IMG/VR virus record: IMGVR_UViG_3300008255_000002
DNA length: 64,000 nucleotides
Source: a virus
Strand: one strand, 5' to 3'
Of this stretch, positions 39,534 through 49,800 are shown one piece after another. The first letter of the stretch is position 1. The number at the start of each line of letters is the position of its first letter. Under the pieces are notes generated by a model, which did not search any database, was not told where the DNA came from, and saw only the letters and a list, made by a program, of their open reading frames with translations. A program made the translations under genes and the position numbers.

Positions 39534-39630
39534 CTCTATCCTTTATATATTTAATCGTATTATGTAATTTTTCTTTATATATAGCACTATGTTTTTTTAT
39601 ATTTTTTGCATCACAAGAGTTAAACTAAAT

Positions 39631-39975
39631 TTATCGATTATCTCCACTTCCACCTAACACACCACGATCTTTTCTATCGTATAATTTATCGATATTTGAT
39701 TGTGCGACATCATCTAGTTTAGTATTCAATTCTTTAGATACTGCCGCTAAATACCACATAACATCTCCTAATTCATCTGTAATTTTTTTGATAAATTCTG
39801 GAGAAACAACACACTTATCATCACGAATAAATTTCTTTAGTTTTCCTGCTACTTCGCCTGCTTCATTAGTTAAACCCAAAACTGTATAAAAAAGCCCTGT
39901 TAATTCAGGTGGAATTTGTACATCCTGATAAATTGCACAAACCATTGCTTTGTCTTGATATTCGTTTAGTTCCAT
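39631..39975 (-). CDS. MazG-like NTP pyrophosphohydrolase
   Basis: NEYQ, LGL.NEAGEV..K.KK..RD, ELGDVMWY, NI.KL.DR..RG...GSGDNR. Confidence 0.9.
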   Translation of the reverse strand: MELNEYQDKAMVCAIYQDVQIPPELTGLFYTVLGLTNEAGEVAGKLKKFIRDDKCVVSPEFIKKITDELGDVMWYLAAVSKELNTKLDDVAQSNIDKLYDRKDRGVLGGSGDNR

Positions 39976-40166
39976 TAGATTTTAACTCCGTAATTTTTGT
40001 TAATAATATCAATGATAATTTGTTCACGTTCATCCATCTGACTATACAAATCTTTAAGTTGTTCAAATACAATTTCATATTGTGATTCTTGTAACCAATC
40101 TGGAATTTCGTTATTAGAATTTAACATATCACTTAATTTAGATAGATAGATTTTTAGGTTTTTCAT
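39975..40166 (-). CDS. Small hypothetical protein
   Basis: 63-aa ORF in operon. Confidence 0.45.
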   Translation of the reverse strand: MKNLKIYLSKLSDMLNSNNEIPDWLQESQYEIVFEQLKDLYSQMDEREQIIIDIINKNYGVKI

Positions 40167-40188
40167 TTTATATACCTCTGGATTTAAG

Positions 40189-40521
40189 TTAATTTTTTTT
40201 ATTAAGATTATTATTGATTATAAATTTATCATACGCTATAACAGCAGCTAATTTGTTTTTAAAATAACCTATAGTTTTAACTTTATTATTCTCTAATCTT
40301 ACTTTTGATATATAAATATTTAATTTTCTATGTTTATGAATTCCTATATATTGGCTTGTTTTGATTCTATTGGTAACTTTGTTTATTTTATAATTTGTAT
40401 AATCGAAATTTGAAAAATTTAACATTGCAAAAATTTTGTGGTATTTTAATGCATAAAAATCATCGTCTAACAGTAACCATTTGCCTTTTCCATATGTTCC
40501 ACAAATTTGAATAAATTTCAT
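40189..40521 (-). pseudogene. HNH-AP2 endonuclease with nuclease core deleted
   Basis: N-terminus MKFIQ..GKGKW.LLDDD joined to AP2 (SQYIGI...IGYF...AAV.AYD); no HNH motif. Confidence 0.65.
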
Positions 40522-40527
40522 TATTCT

Positions 40528-41502
40528 TTATACTTCCTTACTTTTTTTGCCGCCACCATCACCATATGTAAAAGGTTTTTTTCCATCGCTATATTTATCA
40601 GTTACATAATCGACTCCATGTTTTTCTACTTCTCGTTTAAAAAATTCACATTGAGTTAATCCTGTGTCTTCATGATTATTTTTAGCAAAACTACAAACGT
40701 ATTTACAAAACCAGTCATACTTTCTGAGTCGTGGTTTCTTATTCCTTTCTATCTCTCTAAACTTACATATAATCTTGTTTTCTATTTTTGGAACGTCTTT
40801 CTTGGATATTCCAAAGGTAAATGGTCCGCCATTATTAATAAACCATATAGTGAAATATATTATATCTTCGTTGGGATAGATTTTGTGCGCGGCATACAAA
40901 TATAAGTTGATTTGAAAGTCATCGTTTAAATCGCTCCAGGATTTTTCTTTTCCTGTATTGATATTTGATCTCTTTCCGGTTTTATAGTCAACTAAATGAA
41001 TATGCCCATCAGAATCTCTAATAATACAATCTATTGTCCCTTTTAATCCGATATACCCTTCAACCAAATCCCCTCTAAATAAATAAGAGAATTTTTCTTT
41101 TTTTATTACAATATTGAAGCGTTTTTCAACTCCTATGATATTTTTATTAATTGGATTTGCCGGTTGTTTTAAAGCTTTGTAAAACCATTTCTCTATAGTT
41201 TTAAAAACGCTATCATCCCAATGAGGTTGTTCTAACTCACGATAGTACCGAAACGCCGTCGTAATCGCCCAATTTTCTGTCATTTTCTCTTTTTCTATTA
41301 AGCCTATATCCTCACAATCAACCAAGTTATCTTTGGAGATTTTCTTTAAAGAGAGTAATTCAAAAGCTTTATGAAAGACGTTACCTTGGCTTGCTTTCTC
41401 ATTTGTATCTGAGGGTAAACCTAAGATATATTCGAGTAAGAATTTATGTTGGCAAACATTATAAGTTCCTACATTTGAACTGCGTATGAATGTTATAACC
41501 AT
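40528..41502 (-). CDS. PD-(D/E)XK nuclease, RecB/AddB/Cas4-like
   Basis: C..K, G..FH..E, E..F, GTID, DYKTG, Q..LY, C-terminal C.xxC...C. Confidence 0.82.
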   Translation of the reverse strand: MVITFIRSSNVGTYNVCQHKFLLEYILGLPSDTNEKASQGNVFHKAFELLSLKKISKDNLVDCEDIGLIEKEKMTENWAITTAFRYYRELEQPHWDDSVFKTIEKWFYKALKQPANPINKNIIGVEKRFNIVIKKEKFSYLFRGDLVEGYIGLKGTIDCIIRDSDGHIHLVDYKTGKRSNINTGKEKSWSDLNDDFQINLYLYAAHKIYPNEDIIYFTIWFINNGGPFTFGISKKDVPKIENKIICKFREIERNKKPRLRKYDWFCKYVCSFAKNNHEDTGLTQCEFFKREVEKHGVDYVTDKYSDGKKPFTYGDGGGKKSKEV

Positions 41503-41524
41503 TATTTCTCACAATCTATATAAT

Positions 41525-41629
41525 TTATGATACATCTTTTTCTATAATGGCGGTACGTATAAATTCTTCCATATCTACTAAAGCGTTTATACCAACACCA
41601 TATTTCCCACTCAAAGGAATCTCTTTCAT
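41525..41629 (-). pseudogene. 34-aa remnant of an HNH-AP2 endonuclease N-terminus
   Basis: MKEIPLSGKYGVGINALVDMEEF, similar to the N-terminus of 40189..40521. Confidence 0.55.
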
Positions 41630-42393
41630 TATGAAAACCACCCAAATTCAACAGCGGCATCAATAATGTATTCAGAACATTCTTTAATATCCATATCTTT
41701 ATTATCTAATACAGCAGCAATACCATTAGAATCTTTATTAATAGAGTTCTCACTAGAATGATCGTCGCCACTATCATAATTTCTTAAAAGATATATTACT
41801 TTACCGCCCAACTCATTAACAATATCTATAGCGACTTGGTGACGAATATCCGCTAATACAACCATTTGCGCGCCGCAATTTTCTACAGATTCTTTCCATA
41901 CTCTTTCCCAACAATCTTTATTAGGCGACATTTCTCTAAATGTTTCTCCTACCCATTTCATAATATCTCTAGATGTCATAAAATCAGTTTTCTTCATACC
42001 GGGTTTTAAACGTGTGCCGCAATCACCCCATGTAATATTTGTTAGGGTTTCTTTAACGCCTTGATTTCCATATAACAATTCGTATGGAATATCAAACATT
42101 GTATTACATAATGATTTTAGTGGGGTAGCTAAATCAATATGTTGAATATTTCCCCATAAATATTTTGCACAAAAACTTGCATGTTCTTCGTTAAGGAAAC
42201 CTGTTGTATCTAGTGGGTCTTCAAACTTATCAACTACAATTAATCCATCATCGTTTAAACGAATACTTTCTACAACCGGATTACCATTTTCATCTAATGT
42301 ATTTCCTAACACTGTAGCTTTTAGAATATTTGCACATGTAGTTTTTCCCGCACCGATTTTCCCAGCAAAACCAATAATTTTAATATCACTCAT
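41629..42393 (-). CDS. Deoxynucleoside monophosphate kinase
   Basis: IIGFAGKIGAGKTT, A.PLK, R.IM..VGE, ADIR, DHSSE. Confidence 0.82.
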   Translation of the reverse strand: MSDIKIIGFAGKIGAGKTTCANILKATVLGNTLDENGNPVVESIRLNDDGLIVVDKFEDPLDTTGFLNEEHASFCAKYLWGNIQHIDLATPLKSLCNTMFDIPYELLYGNQGVKETLTNITWGDCGTRLKPGMKKTDFMTSRDIMKWVGETFREMSPNKDCWERVWKESVENCGAQMVVLADIRHQVAIDIVNELGGKVIYLLRNYDSGDDHSSENSINKDSNGIAAVLDNKDMDIKECSEYIIDAAVEFGWFS

Positions 42394-43498
42394 TATACAA
42401 CCTATTTTTTAAATCGTTAAAATTAATTTTTCCATCACCAATATCTTTTCCATTTATATTTATATTTGGTACAACTATATTATAGTATCTACGATACTTT
42501 TTAATAATTTCGTCTATTCCGCTTTTTCCGCCATTATCATTATCTAATAACAATATAACTTTTAATATACCAATAGAATCTAATAGTAATGCCTGTTTTT
42601 GGGTCAATGAATTACCAAACAACCCAAGAGCACATTGTATATTATTCTCCTCTAATCTAAGAATATCTCCAACACCTTCACATAATATCGCCGTTTTGGT
42701 TTTTTTTAATTCTGTAATAGACTCATAAAAATTAAATATGTGATCTGTTTTATTAAAATCCTTGTTAATCCACTTAGCACTTTTATTAAAAACTAAACGA
42801 TCTGATGTTTTGGGGCACTTTGAATCTTTTTTGTGGTATCTATTACATTTATCGCAAGAATCAAAAACTGATCGCGCCGTAAATCCAGCTACAGTTTTAT
42901 CTTTATTATAAATAGGGACAACTGCCCTATCACTAAGATATTTATTTTTATATAAATAATCCCCAATATCATATCTCTTTAATATTTTTTCTGAAAAGCC
43001 GCGACTAATAAAATATTTTGAAGGGATATCTAAGTGTTTAATAACATCATTTCTAGTTAATATATTAAGGTTTTCTTTAGGGGGATTACAACCATTCTCC
43101 CTAATGAAACGACGCCTTTCTAGTTCCTTCTCGTTGATCTCCGCTAGGGTTTCTATTTTTAGTAGTTTCTTACACCAATTTATCGTTTGGGGAAAACTAA
43201 CCTTAATATCTCCCGGCGCACACCAATTTTTGTATTTCACTGATAACATCGCTCTCACAAAACCCAAGATCGAAGAAACAAATTCATTCTCACAATGCCG
43301 AGTATAACAAATATATTTACCAGCATATTGATGTCCGTATTTATTTAGATGAAACGCATCACATCTATCGCCCTGATGTATTGGACATTTTCCCGAATAA
43401 GTTTCGCCGCAATCTTGTAGGTCTATTTTAAAATAATCTATTATATCATCAATTTTTAATAATAACATTTCCTCTAATGCACTGGTATCAACTTTCAT
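42386..43498 (-). CDS. dnaG: DNA primase
   Basis: CPIH..D zinc finger, YF..RG, R.V.PI, GF.AR, TOPRIM LCEG..D and DND.GG. Confidence 0.88.
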   Translation of the reverse strand: MKVDTSALEEMLLLKIDDIIDYFKIDLQDCGETYSGKCPIHQGDRCDAFHLNKYGHQYAGKYICYTRHCENEFVSSILGFVRAMLSVKYKNWCAPGDIKVSFPQTINWCKKLLKIETLAEINEKELERRRFIRENGCNPPKENLNILTRNDVIKHLDIPSKYFISRGFSEKILKRYDIGDYLYKNKYLSDRAVVPIYNKDKTVAGFTARSVFDSCDKCNRYHKKDSKCPKTSDRLVFNKSAKWINKDFNKTDHIFNFYESITELKKTKTAILCEGVGDILRLEENNIQCALGLFGNSLTQKQALLLDSIGILKVILLLDNDNGGKSGIDEIIKKYRRYYNIVVPNININGKDIGDGKINFNDLKNRLYNE

Positions 43499-43835
43499 AT
43501 TTAAACTTAGTATTAGGATATTTGTTTTTTAAGTATGTATAAAATTCTTCTTTGTTGTATTTACATATATATTTTACTAGTTTTCCGCTATTTATATATG
43601 TATCAATAAGTTTACAATCATTATCTAAAAATAATTTTTCTACATCCTTCTGTTTTAATCTTCGTAAATTTCCCCTTCTTTCTAATCCACATTGAAGACA
43701 TCTCATTCCATAAAGATGATTTCCTACAGATTGTTCAAATGTTCCATGCTTCTTACATATAATAATTATTTTTTCATAACAACTTTTATATATTGTAGGG
43801 CTATAATCATATTCTGTATTTACTTTTTTTCTCAT
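43488..43835 (-). CDS. DUF723-like Zn-binding repeat, homing-endonuclease remnant
   Basis: YDYS..Y....KIII.C..HG.F.Q....HL.G..C..C; no nuclease domain. Confidence 0.6.
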   Translation of the reverse strand: MRKKVNTEYDYSPTIYKSCYEKIIIICKKHGTFEQSVGNHLYGMRCLQCGLERRGNLRRLKQKDVEKLFLDNDCKLIDTYINSGKLVKYICKYNKEEFYTYLKNKYPNTKFKYES

Positions 43836-45241
43836 ATAGATTCTTCTGTATCATTTATTTCGTTATCTTTTTTATTATCTATTATTTGTGATCTTAATCC
43901 TAATTCGTAAATCCTATTAGTATTAGTGTCAAAATTTAAACATAAATAATCGTCATCTGGGATTCCGGGTCCAAAACGAATTCCTCTTCCTATAATTTTG
44001 CGATTTCCAGCTTCGATAGGATCTTCTGATATTTCTTCTGGAGTTTTTTTCTGAAACATCAATACGGTACTACCTAACCAAAGTATACGATCAGATTGCG
44101 ATAAATCCCCATCTCTATTTTCTTGTACAAAAGTTAATATTGGTATATCTAGTTGATTAGATATAGTTGTTAATTTTTGCATGATAAATCCAAAACTTTG
44201 ATATTCAGCAAGTTTATTAAGTCCGTTTTCATTCATCATTTTTAGATAATCAAGAACAACCAAACAATCATTAGTTTTTCCTGTTTCTTTATTTATTCCA
44301 ACATAACGCATAACCCATCTTTTGATATATGCAATAATTGAATCAAACTCGAATCCATTAATACTTTTATAGTATAAATTATATTTTTCTAATTCATCAA
44401 CAGCTTTCATTACTTTAGATTTATCAAATTGATGTTTCCCAAATTTACCAGTTTCAACATCAGAAATTTTAACACCAGCTATTGTTGCTAACATGCGAGG
44501 GATTTGATCTTCTGGTTTCATTTCTGTATCTAAAATTAAGGTTGGTATTTTTAATTTACCAGATACATGTAATGAAATATTTGATGCTAAAGATGTTTTG
44601 CCGCACTTGGGACGTGCCGCAATTACCCATACCGACCCCCTTCTTAATCCACCACCAGTTAATTGATCTAAAATAGGGTATGATGTAGATATTCCAATAA
44701 TATCAACAGGATTGTTTAAATAATTATCTACACATTCTCTAGTTATATCACTAATTATTTTTGGATTATCGTCATAGTTACTAAGATTTAAACTATAATC
44801 AAAAACTGGTTGCTCTACAGAATTTAATATTTCTTCCATAGATTCTGAACCGTTTAACCTGTCTACATTATCTTGTGATTGACCAATTACCTTAGATTGC
44901 AAATCTCTAATAACAGAACATTTTAAAACTTTTATTGCGTGATTTCTAATATTAGTTTTTTCGACGTGTAATGTTTTTAAACTCTTTAAGTAATTATTAA
45001 TCTCTTTATCTTTAATAAATTCGCTTAGAGAGAGTTCTTGAGCCGATGATCTAAAAGTTCCATAATCAAATTTAGTGTTTGGATTTTTATGAAAGGTGTG
45101 TTCTATAATATTCCATATAGTAGAATTGATATTATCATCAAAATAATTACCTTTGATAATATCCGACATCTCAATATATGCATCGCTTCCATATTGGATA
45201 ACAGAAGCTAGACATGCTCTTTCCGCCGCTAAATCTATCAT
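43832..45241 (-). CDS. dnaB: Replicative DNA helicase
   Basis: AERA.LA, G.ST.Y..LD..GG, AARPKCGKT, DTEM, LDYLK, Q.NR. Confidence 0.92.
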   Translation of the reverse strand: MIDLAAERACLASVIQYGSDAYIEMSDIIKGNYFDDNINSTIWNIIEHTFHKNPNTKFDYGTFRSSAQELSLSEFIKDKEINNYLKSLKTLHVEKTNIRNHAIKVLKCSVIRDLQSKVIGQSQDNVDRLNGSESMEEILNSVEQPVFDYSLNLSNYDDNPKIISDITRECVDNYLNNPVDIIGISTSYPILDQLTGGGLRRGSVWVIAARPKCGKTSLASNISLHVSGKLKIPTLILDTEMKPEDQIPRMLATIAGVKISDVETGKFGKHQFDKSKVMKAVDELEKYNLYYKSINGFEFDSIIAYIKRWVMRYVGINKETGKTNDCLVVLDYLKMMNENGLNKLAEYQSFGFIMQKLTTISNQLDIPILTFVQENRDGDLSQSDRILWLGSTVLMFQKKTPEEISEDPIEAGNRKIIGRGIRFGPGIPDDDYLCLNFDTNTNRIYELGLRSQIIDNKKDNEINDTEESI

Positions 45242-45606
45242 TAGATAAAATCTCTCATTTTATGAGCTATGCATTGATCACAAATAAAATTATCAGAAAA
45301 TTTATCATACCCCTTAATTACAAAGACTTCTTTGCCACACTTTGTACAATTGATAGAAACTCTTTCTGGAGCATTTCTTTTTTCTTTTTGAGTGAATATA
45401 ATTTTATCTTTATTTAATAATTCTTTTTCTATTTCTTCTCTTTCTTTGTTTGGAATATGTCCAATGTATTTAGATTCGTCTATTTCTTCAAGACTTCCTT
45501 TTTTTTGCCAGGGAACTTTTTCGCACGGTCTATCGTTTGATGAATCTATATTATTAGTTTTTTTATTAGGTTTATTTGCTTTAAATTCACTTAAATCAAC
45601 TTTCAT
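45241..45606 (-). CDS. Zn-ribbon hypothetical protein
   Basis: CTKCG...CDQC. Confidence 0.55.
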   Translation of the reverse strand: MKVDLSEFKANKPNKKTNNIDSSNDRPCEKVPWQKKGSLEEIDESKYIGHIPNKEREEIEKELLNKDKIIFTQKEKRNAPERVSINCTKCGKEVFVIKGYDKFSDNFICDQCIAHKMRDFI

Positions 45607-46088
45607 GATTTTGACCTTTCTGATTTGATATATTTAATGCCGTTTAATGAAGAACATAGATTATCGTAAGATTTTGCTATATCGTACATAGAATCGTGTC
45701 GTACCTGAAATTCCATAATATATTTATATAACTTATTACAATAACTATCACTATTAATAATGATAAGTCTTTTTTCTTGCCAATAACCAGAATAATTTTC
45801 GGTAACACTTCCTATATATCTCTCTAATTCTGATTTTAACCAATTTAAAAAAGCATATGTTTTATTGATACTTTTTTGTAAGAAGATTTTGTTTAGGGAG
45901 ATTTCTGCTATGATTATAGCAATTTGATTTGGTGTTAATGATTCTAATTCTGTTCGACTATAAGAAAAATATTCTTCTATATTAGTATTGTTTTTATCAG
46001 CGTTAAAACCTATTACATTATAATATTTTTGTATTCTTTGGTCTAATTCCTTTAATTTGTTTTGTAGTTTAGAAGTTTGTTCCGCCAT
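45603..46088 (-). CDS. Helical hypothetical protein (possible UvsY-like mediator)
   Basis: Coiled-coil character, position between recA and dnaB; function is inference only. Confidence 0.4.
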   Translation of the reverse strand: MAEQTSKLQNKLKELDQRIQKYYNVIGFNADKNNTNIEEYFSYSRTELESLTPNQIAIIIAEISLNKIFLQKSINKTYAFLNWLKSELERYIGSVTENYSGYWQEKRLIIINSDSYCNKLYKYIMEFQVRHDSMYDIAKSYDNLCSSLNGIKYIKSERSKS

Positions 46089-46456
46089 TCTGATACCTTT
46101 TCGTTATATGATAACTCTACTAAATAGAATTTATTATTTTTACAGAACTCACGCTTTTTATTATCTCTTCCTTGAGAGTTATAGAAATCAAGTTTATCTT
46201 TATAGTGAAATTTATTAAAATTAAAATGTTGTGCGCCGTGAACTTCTATAACTAATTTAAAATCTGGAATAAAGAAATCTAGGTATAATTTTTCTATTGG
46301 TATGTACACTTCCTCTAATACAACACGCATTTTAAAGACTTCTTTTATTAAATCTCTACATTTTAGATGTAATGAAGATTTATTTTCACCTTCTTTATTA
46401 TAATATTGTGATAAATTAATATTATATATTTTGTTATTATAGCAAATAACTTTCAT
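46052..46456 (-). CDS. Vsr/DUF559-like PD-(D/E)XK endonuclease
   Basis: LYLDFFIP...IEVHG.QH, RD..K..FC..N. Confidence 0.75.
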   Translation of the reverse strand: MKVICYNNKIYNINLSQYYNKEGENKSSLHLKCRDLIKEVFKMRVVLEEVYIPIEKLYLDFFIPDFKLVIEVHGAQHFNFNKFHYKDKLDFYNSQGRDNKKREFCKNNKFYLVELSYNEKVSEWRNKLLNYKTN

Positions 46457-47487
46457 TTTATAAACGATTTAACTGTTGTTTTTAATAATTGATATGCTGG
46501 ATCATTTTCTTTCAGAAAATTAATAACATTTTCTTCGCCTTGAATTTTTTCTTCATCAAAAAAATCTAATATATACCATCCGGCGTTTTTTTTAGTAATA
46601 GTGTTTGGGAGATTCAAACCTAAATTAAATATTTCGGCTACTTCATCAATACCAACACCAAATGTAATTCTTCCTTCGATAGTTCTCATCGGTCCTGTAA
46701 TTGGAGAATGTTCACTAATCCATGTTGGTTTTAAACCAATTGGTACAGCATTTCCATCTGTAATAATTTCTGTTTTATTTGCTCTAATTTTATAGTTAGC
46801 TTGATGCTTTAATGTATTAGGAATCTTTTCTACATATTTTTTTCCATATCCAGAAACATTAGCAGAGTCCTGAACAATAAATATAACAATACTACGTTTG
46901 ATAGGGATAGCTGTTGCGCATTGGCGAAAGAATTGTCCAACTAATTTATATATAGGGGGTGCCATATATTGTTTTCCTAATTCTTCTGACATTTCATCTT
47001 CACTGCAAAGCATGGAAAGAGAATCAAATACAATTACACATCCTGGGTCTTCAAATATTGCACTTTTAGCTATTTTAAAATATTCCTCTCCAGATATAAT
47101 TTTATCTTCTGTTGATTGAGGTACAAAAAATTTATCTTTATTTAAATCTTTAATACCCTCAATATCTCTTTTATTTAATCTTCCTTCAATTGGAAGATAC
47201 CAAACATTCCTATTTCCGTTTTCAGGTTTTTGGGCATTTGCACAAATCGATAATGCTAATAAACTTTTACCGTTTTTTGGTGGTCCACTAGCAATCATAA
47301 CGCTTCCTTCTAGTAAACCACCAGTAATTATATCTAAACACGGACTAATAGGAATAATTTGTTTCTCTAACTCAACCAAGCTATTTCCACTAAGAAATTG
47401 TTCTTTATTAATATCTCCACATACACGAGACACTAAATCAGAACAACTATCATTTTCAACACCTATATCTTTTTTTCTTTTAGCCAC
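46453..47487 (-). CDS. recA: RecA/UvsX recombinase
   Basis: SP.LD...GG, GPPKNGKS Walker A, IEGR, FDSL, I.FG.GID, GWY, QG.EN. Confidence 0.85.
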   Translation of the reverse strand: MAKRKKDIGVENDSCSDLVSRVCGDINKEQFLSGNSLVELEKQIIPISPCLDIITGGLLEGSVMIASGPPKNGKSLLALSICANAQKPENGNRNVWYLPIEGRLNKRDIEGIKDLNKDKFFVPQSTEDKIISGEEYFKIAKSAIFEDPGCVIVFDSLSMLCSEDEMSEELGKQYMAPPIYKLVGQFFRQCATAIPIKRSIVIFIVQDSANVSGYGKKYVEKIPNTLKHQANYKIRANKTEIITDGNAVPIGLKPTWISEHSPITGPMRTIEGRITFGVGIDEVAEIFNLGLNLPNTITKKNAGWYILDFFDEEKIQGEENVINFLKENDPAYQLLKTTVKSFIK

Positions 47488-47918
47488 TACAAACCTCTTA
47501 CATTTGTTTTTGTTATCTGTTTTCTAGGTTTTTGGGTTGTATCTATTTCTACAATATCTATATTTATATTATTATTTTTAGAACTTACAACCTTTTGCCC
47601 CTCTACACACAAAGGTTCAATGACACTTTTTAAACCCAAACTATATATTTTTTTACATCTTCTATGATTAAGTGCCCATAAGACAGCTTTTAATTCATAT
47701 TTATCTAATAGATATTTTGCATGTTTTAATTGGGCAAGAAATTCGCGTAACCATTCCTTTTTTTTCCAATATAAAATTGGTAATTTTTTGCCATCACGAA
47801 TTGCAACCCTCTCTAATATAATCTCAATTAAATATTTATTATCATCAAGATATTCTGGATTTCCAGGTTCAGAGTATTTAGATATATATTTACTTTTTTC
47901 AGTTCTTTGTTTTGCCAT
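47487..47918 (-). CDS. Hypothetical protein
   Basis: 143-aa basic ORF. Confidence 0.55.
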   Translation of the reverse strand: MAKQRTEKSKYISKYSEPGNPEYLDDNKYLIEIILERVAIRDGKKLPILYWKKKEWLREFLAQLKHAKYLLDKYELKAVLWALNHRRCKKIYSLGLKSVIEPLCVEGQKVVSSKNNNINIDIVEIDTTQKPRKQITKTNVRGL

Positions 47919-48207
47919 CTTTGTAAATTTTCTCTACACAATTATTTGTTTTTTGTTTTTTCTGATTTTTAGAATTTGTTTTGTAATCCGCAAAATCAGG
48001 ATGCATAATTGTAACACCGTCTTTTGGACTTGAAACCTGGACAAGAAATGGTTTTTTAGTTATTTCTTTTTCTTGTAATTCATCTATTTTACTTAGTACA
48101 TCTCTTTGACTTTTGCTAAGATTATTTGATAATTCTTCTAAATTATCTACACTTCCATTTTCAATAATATTTTTTAGAAAATTAAGTTCTACATTACTCC
48201 AACTCAT
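47899..48207 (-). CDS. Hypothetical protein with N-terminal HTH-like segment
   Basis: WS..EL.FLK...LEELS..L.KS...V..K. Confidence 0.5.
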   Translation of the reverse strand: MSWSNVELNFLKNIIENGSVDNLEELSNNLSKSQRDVLSKIDELQEKEITKKPFLVQVSSPKDGVTIMHPDFADYKTNSKNQKKQKTNNCVEKIYKDGKTKN

Positions 48208-48554
48208 AAGCTACGCTCCGCATTTAAAAGATACCCTTGATTTTTTGTTTTTAAAAATTTGATATATAAATCATGGACATTTTTATCAACCTTTCTCCAT
48301 GTATATAGCGGTTTACCAACTAAATTTAACCTTCTTATTTCGTTTGACATACTTAATGTATCCCAAGGATTAAACAATCTTCCTTTGTTTTTTCCGTCAT
48401 TACACTCTTTAACGAAAAAAGTTAATATATTATTTGTATCTATATATTTTACTAATGCTATAGATTCATCACCAACCTCAATAATATTTGAGTGCTGTAA
48501 AGCAAATAAAAATTCATTAGTAATTATTTCTTCGCCAACATAAAATTCTTTCAT
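48204..48554 (-). CDS. Hypothetical protein
   Basis: 116-aa ORF in operon. Confidence 0.55.
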   Translation of the reverse strand: MKEFYVGEEIITNEFLFALQHSNIIEVGDESIALVKYIDTNNILTFFVKECNDGKNKGRLFNPWDTLSMSNEIRRLNLVGKPLYTWRKVDKNVHDLYIKFLKTKNQGYLLNAERSL

Positions 48555-48934
48555 TACTTCTTTCCTTCTAGTATATATTTTGTCTGTTGTTCTGGTGTCA
48601 TTTTTGCTAATGATTTATCTGGACCTAACGTACCCTTTCTCCAGAACGGTGCATTTTCTCTAGCTTTCTTTTTCTGTTTTAAAATTGGATTTGTTTCTTC
48701 TAGTTTGGATCTCTCTTCTTGTACTCTTGTCTTATCAATTATGGTATTTCTTTCAGCCTGTGTTCCTAATGTTTTTGGTGTTCCATCGAAAAACATAAAA
48801 GATCCAATCTTAACTTTTAGTGTTTCTTTTTTGCATAACGGACATATTTTGGGTAATTCTTCCTTAATTGAAACATATCGTTCTTCATAGAAATCGCATC
48901 CTTGCGATTCGCAATAAAAATGTTGTTCTGGCAT
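48554..48934 (-). CDS. FmdB-like zinc-ribbon protein
   Basis: MP...F.C...C...E...CP.C...L. Confidence 0.65.
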   Translation of the reverse strand: MPEQHFYCESQGCDFYEERYVSIKEELPKICPLCKKETLKVKIGSFMFFDGTPKTLGTQAERNTIIDKTRVQEERSKLEETNPILKQKKKARENAPFWRKGTLGPDKSLAKMTPEQQTKYILEGKK

Positions 48935-48943
48935 ATTGATCCC

Positions 48944-49762
48944 TTAATCATATAATTGGCTATAATTTCTATCGTATCCATCATATTCTCTATATCCAAC
49001 AAATCTTTCTTCTAAAGATTGTGGTTTATCTATCCCTTCAATAATATCAGTAATAATATTAACAAGTTTATGTCTTTGAACATCAACTTTCTCTAAGTAA
49101 ATAACTCCAATACCATCTATTCCTGTTAAAGACTTTGACAATTTATAAAAATCATTATTATCATATTGTCCAAGGTCTGATTGGTTTGGATCTCCAGTAA
49201 GAATAATTTTTGCCCCCTCACACATTCTAGTAAGCAAAAGTTTTAATTGTTTAATAGTTGCGTTTTGTGCTTCATCTAAAATAACCGTTCCTTTGAGATT
49301 TCTTCCTCTCATAAAACATAATGGTACAATATCAATAATTCGTTCTTTAATAAGCCTATCTATTTCTGACTGTGATGTAAAATCTAACAATTCATCATAA
49401 ATAGGAATAAGAAATTCGTGCATTTTTTCTTTGATATCGCCAGGACGAAACCCTAATTTTTCCCCCTCTGCTTCAATTGCCGGGCGAGAAATAACAATTC
49501 TATCTGTTTCTCCTTTCATTAACATTTCATAAGCAATTCCAATAGCGATCCTAGTCTTACCTGTTCCTGGACAACCAACAGCAAAAGTAATATCATTTGA
49601 AATAATAGATTTAATATATTCCTTTTGATTTTTTGTCCTTGCTACAACAGGTTTAAATTTTAATTTATTTTCATTTTTTAGACCCTCTGGAATTTCAATG
49701 TCTTGTTGAAAAAAATTTGGAACTTCAATCATTTTTCTTCGTTTTGACATAATAAATCTCAA
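48944..49762 (-). CDS. phoH: PhoH-family ATPase
   Basis: RT.NQ..Y, G.PGTGKT, ISRPAIE..E.LGF.PG..EK, FMRGR, DEAQN, TGD..QSDL, RH. Confidence 0.95.
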   Translation of the reverse strand: MRFIMSKRRKMIEVPNFFQQDIEIPEGLKNENKLKFKPVVARTKNQKEYIKSIISNDITFAVGCPGTGKTRIAIGIAYEMLMKGETDRIVISRPAIEAEGEKLGFRPGDIKEKMHEFLIPIYDELLDFTSQSEIDRLIKERIIDIVPLCFMRGRNLKGTVILDEAQNATIKQLKLLLTRMCEGAKIILTGDPNQSDLGQYDNNDFYKLSKSLTGIDGIGVIYLEKVDVQRHKLVNIITDIIEGIDKPQSLEERFVGYREYDGYDRNYSQLYD

Positions 49763-49790
49763 CTGTTAAAATAGGTTGTTAATCCATTTG

Positions 49791-49800
49791 TTAATACACC
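49791..49800 (-). promoter_or_regulatory. Putative phage promoter motif GTGTATTAA
   Basis: 49 nt before ATG 49750 of phoH. Confidence 0.45.

Noticed and set aside
40528-41502. CRISPR-Cas locus
   Set aside because: No other cas genes or array; context is replication/recombination
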